A stretch of DNA of 26,721 nt, taken from Chloroflexota bacterium. GTDB lineage: Bacteria; Chloroflexota; Dehalococcoidia; DSTF01; JACRBR01. The stretch's first letter is position 1, and each line of letters starts with the position of its first letter. The position numbers were made by a program, and so were the translations under genes. Location of the stretch: the NCBI GenBank assembly GCA_037440665.1, contig JBBITS010000003.1, forward strand, positions 1 through 26,721, written 5' to 3'. Shown here in pieces: positions 1-8,730 of this stretch. A model generated the notes under the pieces. It had not been told where the DNA came from. It saw only the letters and a list, made by a program, of their open reading frames with translations, and ran no database searches.

Positions 1-52
1 TCACCGCGGAGACTACACCGTCTTGTTTTTACAGCAATCCTGGGACGCGACC
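1..52. repeat. Left copy of a perfect 52-bp terminal inverted repeat
   Basis: TCACCGCGGAGACTACACCGTCTTGTTTTTACAGCAATCCTGGGACGCGACC is the exact reverse complement of 26670..26721; identity ends at base 53. Confidence 0.97.
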
Positions 53-76
53 CCTTCGAACCATCAGGAGCGCGCA

Positions 77-1339
77 ATGACGACCACCGCCAAGGAGATC
101 TACGAGATCGGCGAAATCCCACCCATCGGGCAGGTGCCCGAGTACATGTACGCCCAGCTCATCCGCCAGAGCCGCCACGGCGACCCCGTCAATGCCTTCC
201 AGATCGAGAAGGTGCGCGTACCCGAACTGAAGCCAGACGAGGTGCTGGTGTTCGTCATGGCCGCCGGCATCAACTTCAACAACGTCTGGGCGGCACGCGG
301 ACTCCCCGTCGACATCGTCAAGCTCCACAAGCAGCAGGGCGACCCCGGCGACGAGGAGGGGTTCCACATCGGCGGCAGCGACGCCTCCGGCATCGTCTAC
401 GCCGTCGGCAGTGAGGTCACCAACGTCAAGGTCGGCGACCGCGTCGTCATCCACTGCGGCATGTGGGACCGCGATGACCCATGGGTGAAGGCCGGCAAAG
501 ACCCCATCATGGCGCCGTCGTGCAAGATCTGGGGCTACGAGTCCAACTGGGGAAGCTTCGCGCAGTTCACCAAGGCCCAGGCCCACCAGTGCCTGCCCAA
601 GGCGGAGCATCTGACGTGGGAGGAGGCCGCCGCCTTCATGCTCGTCGGCGCTACGGCCTACCGCATGCTCACGGGCTGGCCGCCCCACGTAGTCGAGCCC
701 GGCGACGTGGTGCTGGTCTGGGGCGGCTCAGGCGGTCTCGGCTCGATGGCCATCCAGATCACTAAGGCCCTCGGCGGCACACCCGTCGCCGTCGTCTCCA
801 GCGACGAGCGCGGCCAGCACTGCATCAAGCTCGGCGCGAAAGGGTACGTCAACCGCAAGAACTTCAACCACTGGGGCATGATGCCCCACTGGACCGACAC
901 CGAGAAGTACAACGAGTGGGTGATGGGCTGCCGCGCCTTCGGCAAAGCCGTGTGGGACATCCTCGGCGAGCGCAAGAACCCGCGCATCGTGTTCGAGCAC
1001 CCCGGCGAGGACACCGTACCGACGTCGATCTTCGTCTGCGACAATGGCGGCATGGTCGTCATCTGCGCCGGCACGACGGGCTACAACGCCGTGGTCGACC
1101 TGCGCTACCTCTGGATGCGACAGAAGCGGTTCCAGGGCTCGCACTTCGCCAACGACGATCAGGCGGCGGGCATCAACCAGCTCGTCATCGACGGCAAGGT
1201 GAACCCGGCGCTGGCGAAGGTCTACAAGTTCGAGGAGACGGGCCTCTGCCACCAGCTCATGATGGAGAACCGCGCTTCCGAGGGGAACATGGCGGTCCTC
1301 GTCGGCGCGCCGAAACCTGGCCTGAAGGACCTGCCGTAG
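77..1339 (+). CDS. ccr: Crotonyl-CoA carboxylase/reductase (MDR family enoyl-CoA carboxylase/reductase)
   Basis: Motifs [72 protein letters not shown] and GNMAVLV all match the Ccr family. Start placed at ATG 77 behind AGGAG; the TTG at 23 lies inside the repeat. Confidence 0.93.
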   Translation: MTTTAKEIYEIGEIPPIGQVPEYMYAQLIRQSRHGDPVNAFQIEKVRVPELKPDEVLVFVMAAGINFNNVWAARGLPVDIVKLHKQQGDPGDEEGFHIGGSDASGIVYAVGSEVTNVKVGDRVVIHCGMWDRDDPWVKAGKDPIMAPSCKIWGYESNWGSFAQFTKAQAHQCLPKAEHLTWEEAAAFMLVGATAYRMLTGWPPHVVEPGDVVLVWGGSGGLGSMAIQITKALGGTPVAVVSSDERGQHCIKLGAKGYVNRKNFNHWGMMPHWTDTEKYNEWVMGCRAFGKAVWDILGERKNPRIVFEHPGEDTVPTSIFVCDNGGMVVICAGTTGYNAVVDLRYLWMRQKRFQGSHFANDDQAAGINQLVIDGKVNPALAKVYKFEETGLCHQLMMENRASEGNMAVLVGAPKPGLKDLP

Positions 1340-1387
1340 GAGAACCCAGAACCGGCGGGGCGCAGAGACATCTTCGGAGGCGGCGTC

Positions 1388-1813
1388 ATGACCGACGACA
1401 ACGTCCTCGGCATCAAGGTTGGCGACAGGGCCGATTTCACGAAGACCGTCACCGGTGACGACATCGTGGCGTTCGCGAACGTCACCGGCGATACGAATCC
1501 CTTGCACCTCGACGACGCCTACGCCGCGAAGACGCGCTTCAAGCAACGCATCGCCCACGGGATGCTGTCGGCGGGGTTCATCTCGGCGGCGCTGGGCACG
1601 AAGCTCGCGCCCCACGCCTGCGTCGTCTACCTCAGCCAGAGCATGCGCTTCCAGCGTCCGGTGTTCATCGGCGACACCATGACGGCCACCGTCGAGGTCA
1701 CGAAGGTCGATCCCCAGCGCCGGTTCGTCACGGTCGCCACCACCTGCGCCAACCAGAAGGGCGAGGAGCTTCTGACCGGCGAGGCGATGGTCCTGCTCGA
1801 CCCGGTGGAGTGA
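1388..1813 (+). CDS. MaoC-family (R)-specific enoyl-CoA hydratase (PhaJ/CroR-like)
   Basis: Hydratase-2 motif FANVTGDTNPLHLD...RIAHGML with the Asp/His dyad; GGAGG RBS; hot-dog-fold size of 141 aa. Confidence 0.9.
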   Translation: MTDDNVLGIKVGDRADFTKTVTGDDIVAFANVTGDTNPLHLDDAYAAKTRFKQRIAHGMLSAGFISAALGTKLAPHACVVYLSQSMRFQRPVFIGDTMTATVEVTKVDPQRRFVTVATTCANQKGEELLTGEAMVLLDPVE

Positions 1814-1937
1814 GAGCGGCCACGGCGCTCGACTCCGGCCGGCCACCCAACGACCAATAGACGCGCCTGCCGCTGACTTACGGCTCTGTGCGGCACTCCC
1901 CCACCAGGAGCATCCTGATATCGCAAGGAGGAGCCGC

Positions 1938-2141
1938 ATGCGCACTCCAATCGGACGCAAGCTGCTGGAGATGACGCGGACGCTGCTGACCCTCGGTTTC
2001 GCGCGCCCGCCGGGGCCGCCGGTCGAGCCCATCGCGCGCGAAGAAGAGCCCCTGCAACCACCGCCCGAGCGCCACCTCTCCGAGCAGCGCCACGACGGGG
2101 CCGAGGACCGCGAACGCGCTGAGGGCCGCGAGCCTCGATAG
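1938..2141 (+). CDS. Small hypothetical protein, 67 aa
   Basis: Strong AAGGAGG RBS just upstream of the ATG, GC3-rich codons, fills the gap before the convergent etfB. Confidence 0.6.
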   Translation: MRTPIGRKLLEMTRTLLTLGFARPPGPPVEPIAREEEPLQPPPERHLSEQRHDGAEDRERAEGREPR

Positions 2142-2148
2142 ACCGCAA

Positions 2149-2174
2149 GCCGCTGGTTCCCACGCTACAGCGGC
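2149..2174. terminator. Hairpin between convergent genes, possible terminator
   Basis: GCCGCTG-N12-CAGCGGC stem; no U-tract. Confidence 0.3.
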
Positions 2175-2180
2175 GCCGAT

Positions 2181-2990
2181 TCAGCGTTCCGACAGGTACT
2201 GGCCGATGCGCTCGAGAATCTGGCGCGCCTCGTCCTCCGGCGCGCCGGTGATGAACTCGCGACGCCGCTCCCGCGAGGCCGACTGCCCGACGCCGCCGAC
2301 GATCGTCGCCGAACCCTTGACTCCAACCTCTTCGAGATCGACCCCCAGGTCCTCGGCCGACCACACGGTCACCAGGTCCTGACCCTCGGCCCACGGCCGC
2401 AGCGTCCAGTCGAGAAAGCGCGGCTCATTGACGCCCGTCTTGACCGAGACGACGGCCGGCAGGGGCGCCAGCAGCAGTTCGTGCCCACCCTTGATCTCCC
2501 GCCGCGCCCGCAGGCGGCGGTTCCAGTAGTCGACTTCGAGTTCGATCGCGTACGTCACCTGCGGCGTTCCCAGCCACTCGGCGATGCCGGGCGGCACTTG
2601 CGCCGTCGCTCCGTCCGACGACTCCTCGCCGCAGAGAACCAGCTCGTAGCGGCCGATCTTTTCGATGGCCGCGGCCAGCGTCCGCGACGTGCCGAGGGTG
2701 TCAGCGCCGCCGAAGGCGCGGTCGCTGAGCAGGAAGGCGCGATCGGCGCCCATGCAGAGCGCCAGCCGCAGGTAGCGTTCGAAGAACGGCGGCCCCATGG
2801 AAAGCACGCTGATGCTGCCACCGTGGGCCTGCTTTAACTGAAGCGCCATCTCCAGCGCGTTCATGTCGGGCGGATTGAAGATGGAGCGGGCATTGGCCCG
2901 GTCGAGCGTCATGGTCTCCTGGTTCACCCGCACTTCCTCAGGCATCGGGACGACCTTCATGCAGACGATGGTGTGCATCTCGCTCATCAC
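2181..2990 (-). CDS. etfB: Electron transfer flavoprotein beta subunit (EtfB/FixA)
   Basis: Motifs IVCMKVVP, NPPDMNALE, MGP, MGADRA, FGGADTLGTS, DGATAQVP, NEPR. The start may be GTG 2990, ATG 2987 or ATG 2978. Confidence 0.93.
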   Translation of the reverse strand: MMSEMHTIVCMKVVPMPEEVRVNQETMTLDRANARSIFNPPDMNALEMALQLKQAHGGSISVLSMGPPFFERYLRLALCMGADRAFLLSDRAFGGADTLGTSRTLAAAIEKIGRYELVLCGEESSDGATAQVPPGIAEWLGTPQVTYAIELEVDYWNRRLRARREIKGGHELLLAPLPAVVSVKTGVNEPRFLDWTLRPWAEGQDLVTVWSAEDLGVDLEEVGVKGSATIVGGVGQSASRERRREFITGAPEDEARQILERIGQYLSER

Positions 2991-4007
2991 TTAACCCGTC
3001 ACGGCTCGTGCCCCGGCGATCTGCTCCGCGAGGCAGGCGAGCACGGCGAACATGTCGTCTGTCACGCAGTAATCGGCGTGCTCGAAGATCGGCGCCTCCG
3101 GATCGGTGTTGATCGCCACGACGCATTCGGCCTTGTCGATGCCGACCGTGAAATGAATGGCGCCGCTGATCCCGCAGCAGATCACCAGCTTCGGCTGGGT
3201 GACCACACCCGTCTGCCCGATCTGCCGCGCGCGCGGAATCCATCCGAGGTCGGCCGCCACGCGCGTCCCGCCGATCTCGGCGTCCAGCAGGCCCGCCAGA
3301 CGCTGCGCCAGTTCGAGGTCGCCACGCGCGCCGCGCCCTACCGCGACGACTATCCCGGCGCGCGTCAGGTCTGGCTCCTCGGAAACGGAGCGCTCCAGCA
3401 CGTGGACGCGAAAGTCGGCCGCGTCAAGGCTCGCAGGCAGCGCCCGGATCTCGCCCTTTCGTTTCAGGTCCGGCTCGGGTTGCGCGAAGATGCCGGGCCG
3501 GACGGTCGCCATCTGCGGGCGATGTTCGGGGCAGAGGATCGTAGCTACGATGCCGCCGCCGAAGCCCACGACCTCGCCCGAAAGCAGACGCCGCTCCGGG
3601 TCGATGGTCAGGCCCGTGCAGTCGGCGGTCAGGCCGGTGCGCAGACGCACGGCCAGCCTGCCGGCCAGGTCGCGGCCGTTGGGCGTCGCGCCGAGAAGCA
3701 GCACGTCTGGCTTTCGCTCCAGCGCCAGGTGGTGAACGACAGAGGTGAAAGGCTCGGTCGTGTACACCTGAAGATCGGGATGCTCGACGACCAGCACCTC
3801 GTCTGCGCCGCACGCGACGGCCCGCGCAGGCGAGTCGCCGAGGGCGTAGCCCACCAGCAGCCCCGTCAGCGGGCAGTCCAGCGCGTCAGCCAGTTCCCGC
3901 CCTTTACCAAGCAGCTCCAGCGAGACGCTCTCGAGCTTCCCCTCTTCCTGCTCCAGGAACACCCAGACGCCGCGGGCGTCGGCCGGTCCGTACAGGCTGC
4001 TGGTCAT
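2991..4007 (-). CDS. etfA: Electron transfer flavoprotein alpha subunit (EtfA/FixB) with atypical flavin-contact residues
   Basis: Motifs GRDLAGRLA, GLTADCT, RPQMATVRPG, VAVGRG, QIGQTG, GISGA, AINTDPEAPIF. ATGA overlap with the upstream CCG-protein gene. Confidence 0.93.
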   Translation of the reverse strand: MTSSLYGPADARGVWVFLEQEEGKLESVSLELLGKGRELADALDCPLTGLLVGYALGDSPARAVACGADEVLVVEHPDLQVYTTEPFTSVVHHLALERKPDVLLLGATPNGRDLAGRLAVRLRTGLTADCTGLTIDPERRLLSGEVVGFGGGIVATILCPEHRPQMATVRPGIFAQPEPDLKRKGEIRALPASLDAADFRVHVLERSVSEEPDLTRAGIVVAVGRGARGDLELAQRLAGLLDAEIGGTRVAADLGWIPRARQIGQTGVVTQPKLVICCGISGAIHFTVGIDKAECVVAINTDPEAPIFEHADYCVTDDMFAVLACLAEQIAGARAVTG

Positions 4008-5338
4008 GACGCAACCCCCGCTTCAACCCGCGCCGGCTTGGCGAGCGCCCAGGCCAGTATCTCAGCGACGTCGGCGACCCGGATGCTGGCGTCGCCGGGG
4101 ATGCTGTCCTCGAGGCAGGAGACGCAGTGCGGGCACGCCGAACCGATGATTTCGGCGCCCGTCTCTCGCGCCTCGGCGACGCGCACGCTGGCGAAGCGTT
4201 CGTTGGCGGCGGTCTCCAGCCACATGCGGCCGCCGCCGCCGCCGCAGCACAGCGCCTCCTCGCGGTTGTGGCGCATCTCGAGCAGTTCCACGCCGGGGAT
4301 GCTCGCGAGCACTTCGCGCGGCGAGTCGTAGTCGCCGTTCTGCCGCCCCAAGTAGCACGGGTCGTGGAAGGTCACCTTCAGGGGCAGCTCGCCCTCGACG
4401 CGAAGGCGCCCGCTGGCGATCAGCTCACGCAGGTATTGCGTGTAGTGCAACGCCCTGAACTCCGGCGGCATGTCGAAGTGATGCAGGAACTGATCGAGGC
4501 AGTGTGGCGAGACGGTCACGACCGTTCTCACGCCCAGCTCCCGGAACAGCTTCGAGCCTTCGGCGGCGATGTCGTCGGCGTAGTCCGCGTGCCCGGCGTT
4601 GCGAACGGCGTCGCCGCAACAGGGTTCGCGATCCTTCAGCACGCCGAACTCGACGCCGGCGGCGCGAAGGACCTGTACGACGGCGCGCGCGATCTTCTGG
4701 ATGCGCGGGTCGTAGCTCGCCGTGCACCCGGCGTACAGCAGGACTTCCTGGTCACCCGAGAAATCCGGGAGGTCGAGCCCCTTCATCCAGTCCGAACGCT
4801 GCGATGGCGGCCGGCCGTAGGGATTGCCGTCCCAGTAGACATTCCAGAGCAGCGTAGGGAATCCCTGCGGCTCCTCGCGGTCGCGCCAGGCGAGGCCCCG
4901 GAGGGCCAGAATCACCTCGGGGATGTCCACCCCGCGCGGGCACAGCGCCTCGCAGCGCCCGCACGTCGTACACAACCACACAGCTTCCGGCCAGCCCGGA
5001 GCGCCCATCTGCGCCTCGCGCACCAGGCGGCGGATCAAAACGGGCTCCGACTTCACCTGCCCCCACGGGCAGATCGCCGTGCACACGCCGCACTGGAAGC
5101 ACTGCGCGGCCAGGCCTCGCGTCGCCACGACCACCCTCTCCCAAAGCGCGTCATCGAGCACCAGCACGTCGCCGTCGGGTTGAGAGATGCCCGGGATGGT
5201 CGCGAGGTCCATATCAAGCTTCCTCCTGCCGGCCCGCGTGTACGCGTCGCTGTCTTCCGGCATGGCCGCTTCCTCTCTTGCATCGAGCCACAGCTTCCTG
5301 CGGCCAGCGCGCGTGATGTCGCCATAGGCCGACGTCAT
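4004..5338 (-). CDS. HdrD/GlpC-like Fe-S oxidoreductase (two [4Fe-4S] motifs plus two CCG domains)
   Basis: CFQCGVCTAICP, CTTCGRCEALCP, YAGC...CCG...SPHC, FHDPCYLGR...CCGGGGG...ACPHC. Alternative start at ATG 5212 with an AGGAGG RBS. Confidence 0.9.
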   Translation of the reverse strand: MTSAYGDITRAGRRKLWLDAREEAAMPEDSDAYTRAGRRKLDMDLATIPGISQPDGDVLVLDDALWERVVVATRGLAAQCFQCGVCTAICPWGQVKSEPVLIRRLVREAQMGAPGWPEAVWLCTTCGRCEALCPRGVDIPEVILALRGLAWRDREEPQGFPTLLWNVYWDGNPYGRPPSQRSDWMKGLDLPDFSGDQEVLLYAGCTASYDPRIQKIARAVVQVLRAAGVEFGVLKDREPCCGDAVRNAGHADYADDIAAEGSKLFRELGVRTVVTVSPHCLDQFLHHFDMPPEFRALHYTQYLRELIASGRLRVEGELPLKVTFHDPCYLGRQNGDYDSPREVLASIPGVELLEMRHNREEALCCGGGGGRMWLETAANERFASVRVAEARETGAEIIGSACPHCVSCLEDSIPGDASIRVADVAEILAWALAKPARVEAGVAS

Positions 5339-5340
5339 GG

Positions 5341-8300
5341 CTACACCTTCTCCTCCACGAGATGGCCTTGCCGCCGCAGCACTTCGTCCATTTCGGCGAT
5401 CTTGCGGGCGAACTCTTTACCTTCGGACGCGGAGATCCACGCCAGTTGAAGCCGGTCAGGGTCCAGGCCTTCACGCGTCAGCTTGCGGTGCCACAGCTTG
5501 AACCGCTTGTCGGTCTGAGCGTTCGCGAAGTTGTAGTGGCAGTCCGAGCCGGTGGGCGTCAGCCGGCAGCCCGTGACCAGCACCGCGCCCGCGCCCTTCT
5601 TGAAGGCGTGCATGATGAAGTCCTCTTCCACGCGCGCTGAGCACATGGTGCGGATGATGAGGGCCGACGGCGGGTACTGGATCTTCTCCACGCCCGCCTG
5701 GTCGGCGCCCGCATACGAGCACCAGTTGCAGGCGAAGACGATGGTCTTCTTCTCGGGCTCGCGGGCGAGAGCGGCGTCGATCTGCGCCAGTATCTGCTCC
5801 TTGGTGAAGTACGGCATCTCGATGGCGTCGTAGTTGCACGCAGCCGCGCAGGCGCCGCAGCCCTGGCACGCGGCCTCGATGAACTTCATTTCGCCTTCCT
5901 TCACCTTACCGATGAGTTCGATGGCGCCGAACGGACACGCCTGCACGCAGATGCCGCAGACGATGCACTTGTCCTCGATGAGCCGGGAAGTGATGGGTTC
6001 CTTCTCGATGGTGTCCTGAGCCAGCAGATGCCCGGCCTTGGCGGCGGCGGCCAGCGCCTGCGCCACCGTCTCGCGCACGTCCTTGGGCGCCTGGACGGTT
6101 CCGGCCAGAAAGATGCCCGGCGAGCCCGCCTCGGCAGGGCCCAGTTTCGGGTGACGCTCCAGCAGGAAGCCGTCCTCGCTGTGGGCCACCTTGAGCTGGG
6201 CTGAGATGTCTTCGTCCTGAGGCGTCAGGCCGACGGTGAGAACCAGCGTGTCCGTCGGCGCCTGCAGCGTGCGGTCGCTGAGGTGATCGAGGAACTGGAC
6301 GGCGTGGCCGTCCCACGAGACCGAGGCTTCGGGCGCGCTGTCGGGATCGATGCGGAAGAACTGGACGCCCTTGCGGCCCGCCTCATCGTACAGCTCCTCG
6401 GCGTTGCGGCTGAAGGTGCGTATGTCTCGGTAGAGTACACGCACCTGCTTGCCCTGCTCGCGCAGGCGCAGCGCCTGCCCGATCATCGATTCGCAGCAGT
6501 AGCGCGAGCACCCGGAGCCGTTGCGCCGCGAGCCCACGCAGCCGATGAACGTCACGCGCTCTCCGCGCACCGGATGGCCGCGCTCGATGTCCAGGTTTGT
6601 GACGACGCGCGGATCGTCGCCGTAGCCGAACTCGACGGGCTCGTACGGGCGAGCGCCCATGGCCAGCACGACGGCCCCGGCCCGTATCTCGGCGCCGTCG
6701 GTGAGCCGCGCCGTGAAATTGCCGATGTGACCGCCGATGGTTTCGATCTCCGCGCCAAGGTGCACGGCCACGCCCGCCTCCTGCAACTCGCGCGCCTTCA
6801 CTTCAACGAACTCGCGCGCGGGAATGCCCGCCGGGGCGATCTCGTCGAGGTCGTTGAGCGTGCCGCCGAGGCGGTGCGTTCGCTCCACGAGGTGCGTCTC
6901 GTAACCCTGCGCCGCCAGGTTTGCGGCCGCCGACATGCCGGCGATGCCGCCGCCGATGACCAGCGCCTGCTGCACCATAGGCTGGTGGCTGATCTCCAGC
7001 GGCGCCAGCCGCCGCGCCTTCTCGACGCTCATCCGCACCATGTCGATGGCCTTTTGCGTGGCCTCCTCCTTCGTCTGCTTGTGCACCCAGGAGTCCTGAT
7101 TGCGCAGGTTCGCCATCTCGAGGAGGTACGGGTTCAGGCCCGCTTTGAGCATCACCCGTCTGAAGGTGGCCTCGTGCGTCTTGGGCGAGCACGCGGCGAT
7201 GACGATGCGGTTCGCCCGCGCCTCGCGTAGACGGCGCGCGATCTCGGCCTGCGTCGTGCCCGCGCACGAGAACATCGAGGAGTCGGCGTAGACCACGCCC
7301 TCCATCTGTCGCGCGGCCTCGACCACCGACTCGATGTCGACTACGCCCGCTATGTTGCTCCCGCAGTGACAGATGTTGACCCCGATTCGCACGGTCTCGA
7401 TGTCGTCCTGGGGCTCTCCGGCTTCGGGCTCCGGCCACGTGCGTTCGTCCAGATGGGTCAGCGCCCAGGCCGCTGCCGCGCCCGCTTCGGCGACGCTGTC
7501 GGGGATATCCTTCAGGCCTATCGCGCATCCTGCCGCGTAGACGCCGGAGCGCGTCGTCGCCGAAAGACCGCCCATGCGTTCGCGGCTCTTCACGAACCCG
7601 TCCGTATCGATATCGAAGCCCATCACCCCAGCGAGCCCTTCGAGGCCCGCTGGCGGCCTGGCAGCCGTGGCCAGCACCACCATGTCCACCTCTGCGGTCT
7701 GGACGCGGCCGGCGTCGGTGTCCTCATACCGGACGCTGATCCGATCGCCTGCGGGTTCGACGGAGGCGGGCCGCCCTCTGATGAACCGAGCCCCTTCGTC
7801 ACGCGTGCGCTGGTAGAAGGCATCGAAGCCCTTGCCGTAGGCGCGCATGTCCATGTAGAGCACAGTGACGTCGCCGACACCGTGATCCCGCGCCTGGAAC
7901 GCTTGCTTCACCGAGTACATGCAGCAGAAGCGCGAGCAGTGGCGGTAGAAGCGCACGTCGCGCGAGCCAACGCAGAGGACGAACAGGATGCTCTCTGGGT
8001 GCTGGCCGTTGGACGGCTTCACGATCTCGCCGCCGGTGGGGCCCGCCGAAGTCAGCAGGCGCTCGAACTCCATCGATGTCAGCACGTCGGGGTGGGCGCC
8101 GTACCCGAACCCGCGCAGGAGCGCCGGGTCGATGAGGTCGAAGCCCGTCGCGACGATGGCCGAACCGACCGTGCGCTCGACGACGCGCTCGCGCGGCTGC
8201 ATGAAGTCGATGACCTTCGGCAGGCAGGCCTCCATGCAGCGGCCGCAGGGCAGGTAGTTGGGCGGATCGTTCAGGCAGTGCTCCAGGTCGATGATATACG

Positions 8301-8727
8301 CGCCGGGCACTGCCTGCGGGAACGGCGTGTAGATGGCCTTGCGGGAGGCCATCGCCACGTCGAACTCGTTGGGCAGGACGACGGGGCAGGCCTCGACGCA
8401 GAGGTTGCAGCGCGTGCAGTCGTCCTCGACAAACCGCGACTTGTGGCGGATGCGCACGCGGAAGTCGCCGGGCTCGCCTTCGAAGCCGACGACCTCGGCC
8501 GGCGACAGAATCTCGATGTTGGGGTGCTCGCTGACCTCGGACAGCTTCGGAGCCTCGATGCAGATGGAGCAGTCGAGGGTGGGGAAGTTCTTGTCCAGGC
8601 CCGCCATCTTGCCGCCGATGGCCGGGCTGGCCTCGACCAGAACCACGCGGGCGCCCGATTCGGCGAGGTCCAGCGCCGCCTGCACCCCGGCGATGCCACC
8701 GCCCACGACCAGCACGGAATCGCTCAC
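5341..8727 (-). CDS. hdrA: Tandem HdrA-HdrA-MvhD fusion flavoprotein (heterodisulfide reductase subunit A family), 1128 aa
   Basis: Two GGGIAG FAD domains; DKNFPTLDCSIC; inserted ferredoxin; CVGSR...CSRxCC twice; internal CHCGSNIAG domain; C-terminal ferredoxin with two [4Fe-4S] motifs; MvhD motifs ACNWCSY, MCSARV, GC...DCHY. Confidence 0.92.
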   Translation of the reverse strand: MSDSVLVVGGGIAGVQAALDLAESGARVVLVEASPAIGGKMAGLDKNFPTLDCSICIEAPKLSEVSEHPNIEILSPAEVVGFEGEPGDFRVRIRHKSRFVEDDCTRCNLCVEACPVVLPNEFDVAMASRKAIYTPFPQAVPGAYIIDLEHCLNDPPNYLPCGRCMEACLPKVIDFMQPRERVVERTVGSAIVATGFDLIDPALLRGFGYGAHPDVLTSMEFERLLTSAGPTGGEIVKPSNGQHPESILFVLCVGSRDVRFYRHCSRFCCMYSVKQAFQARDHGVGDVTVLYMDMRAYGKGFDAFYQRTRDEGARFIRGRPASVEPAGDRISVRYEDTDAGRVQTAEVDMVVLATAARPPAGLEGLAGVMGFDIDTDGFVKSRERMGGLSATTRSGVYAAGCAIGLKDIPDSVAEAGAAAAWALTHLDERTWPEPEAGEPQDDIETVRIGVNICHCGSNIAGVVDIESVVEAARQMEGVVYADSSMFSCAGTTQAEIARRLREARANRIVIAACSPKTHEATFRRVMLKAGLNPYLLEMANLRNQDSWVHKQTKEEATQKAIDMVRMSVEKARRLAPLEISHQPMVQQALVIGGGIAGMSAAANLAAQGYETHLVERTHRLGGTLNDLDEIAPAGIPAREFVEVKARELQEAGVAVHLGAEIETIGGHIGNFTARLTDGAEIRAGAVVLAMGARPYEPVEFGYGDDPRVVTNLDIERGHPVRGERVTFIGCVGSRRNGSGCSRYCCESMIGQALRLREQGKQVRVLYRDIRTFSRNAEELYDEAGRKGVQFFRIDPDSAPEASVSWDGHAVQFLDHLSDRTLQAPTDTLVLTVGLTPQDEDISAQLKVAHSEDGFLLERHPKLGPAEAGSPGIFLAGTVQAPKDVRETVAQALAAAAKAGHLLAQDTIEKEPITSRLIEDKCIVCGICVQACPFGAIELIGKVKEGEMKFIEAACQGCGACAAACNYDAIEMPYFTKEQILAQIDAALAREPEKKTIVFACNWCSYAGADQAGVEKIQYPPSALIIRTMCSARVEEDFIMHAFKKGAGAVLVTGCRLTPTGSDCHYNFANAQTDKRFKLWHRKLTREGLDPDRLQLAWISASEGKEFARKIAEMDEVLRRQGHLVEEKV

Positions 8728-8730
8728 GGC

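Noticed and set aside
23-76. Extended ccr N-terminus from TTG 23
   Set aside because: Starts inside the repeat; ATG 77 has an RBS and matches the family N-terminus.
4004-8727. Methanogen-type HdrABC-MvhAGD or sulfate-reducer QmoABC call
   Set aside because: No HdrB/HdrC pair, hydrogenase, QmoC or aprAB in the window.
5341-8727. Selenocysteine recoding or frameshift in HdrA/MvhD
   Set aside because: The ORF is continuous with ordinary Cys ligands and no in-frame TGA.
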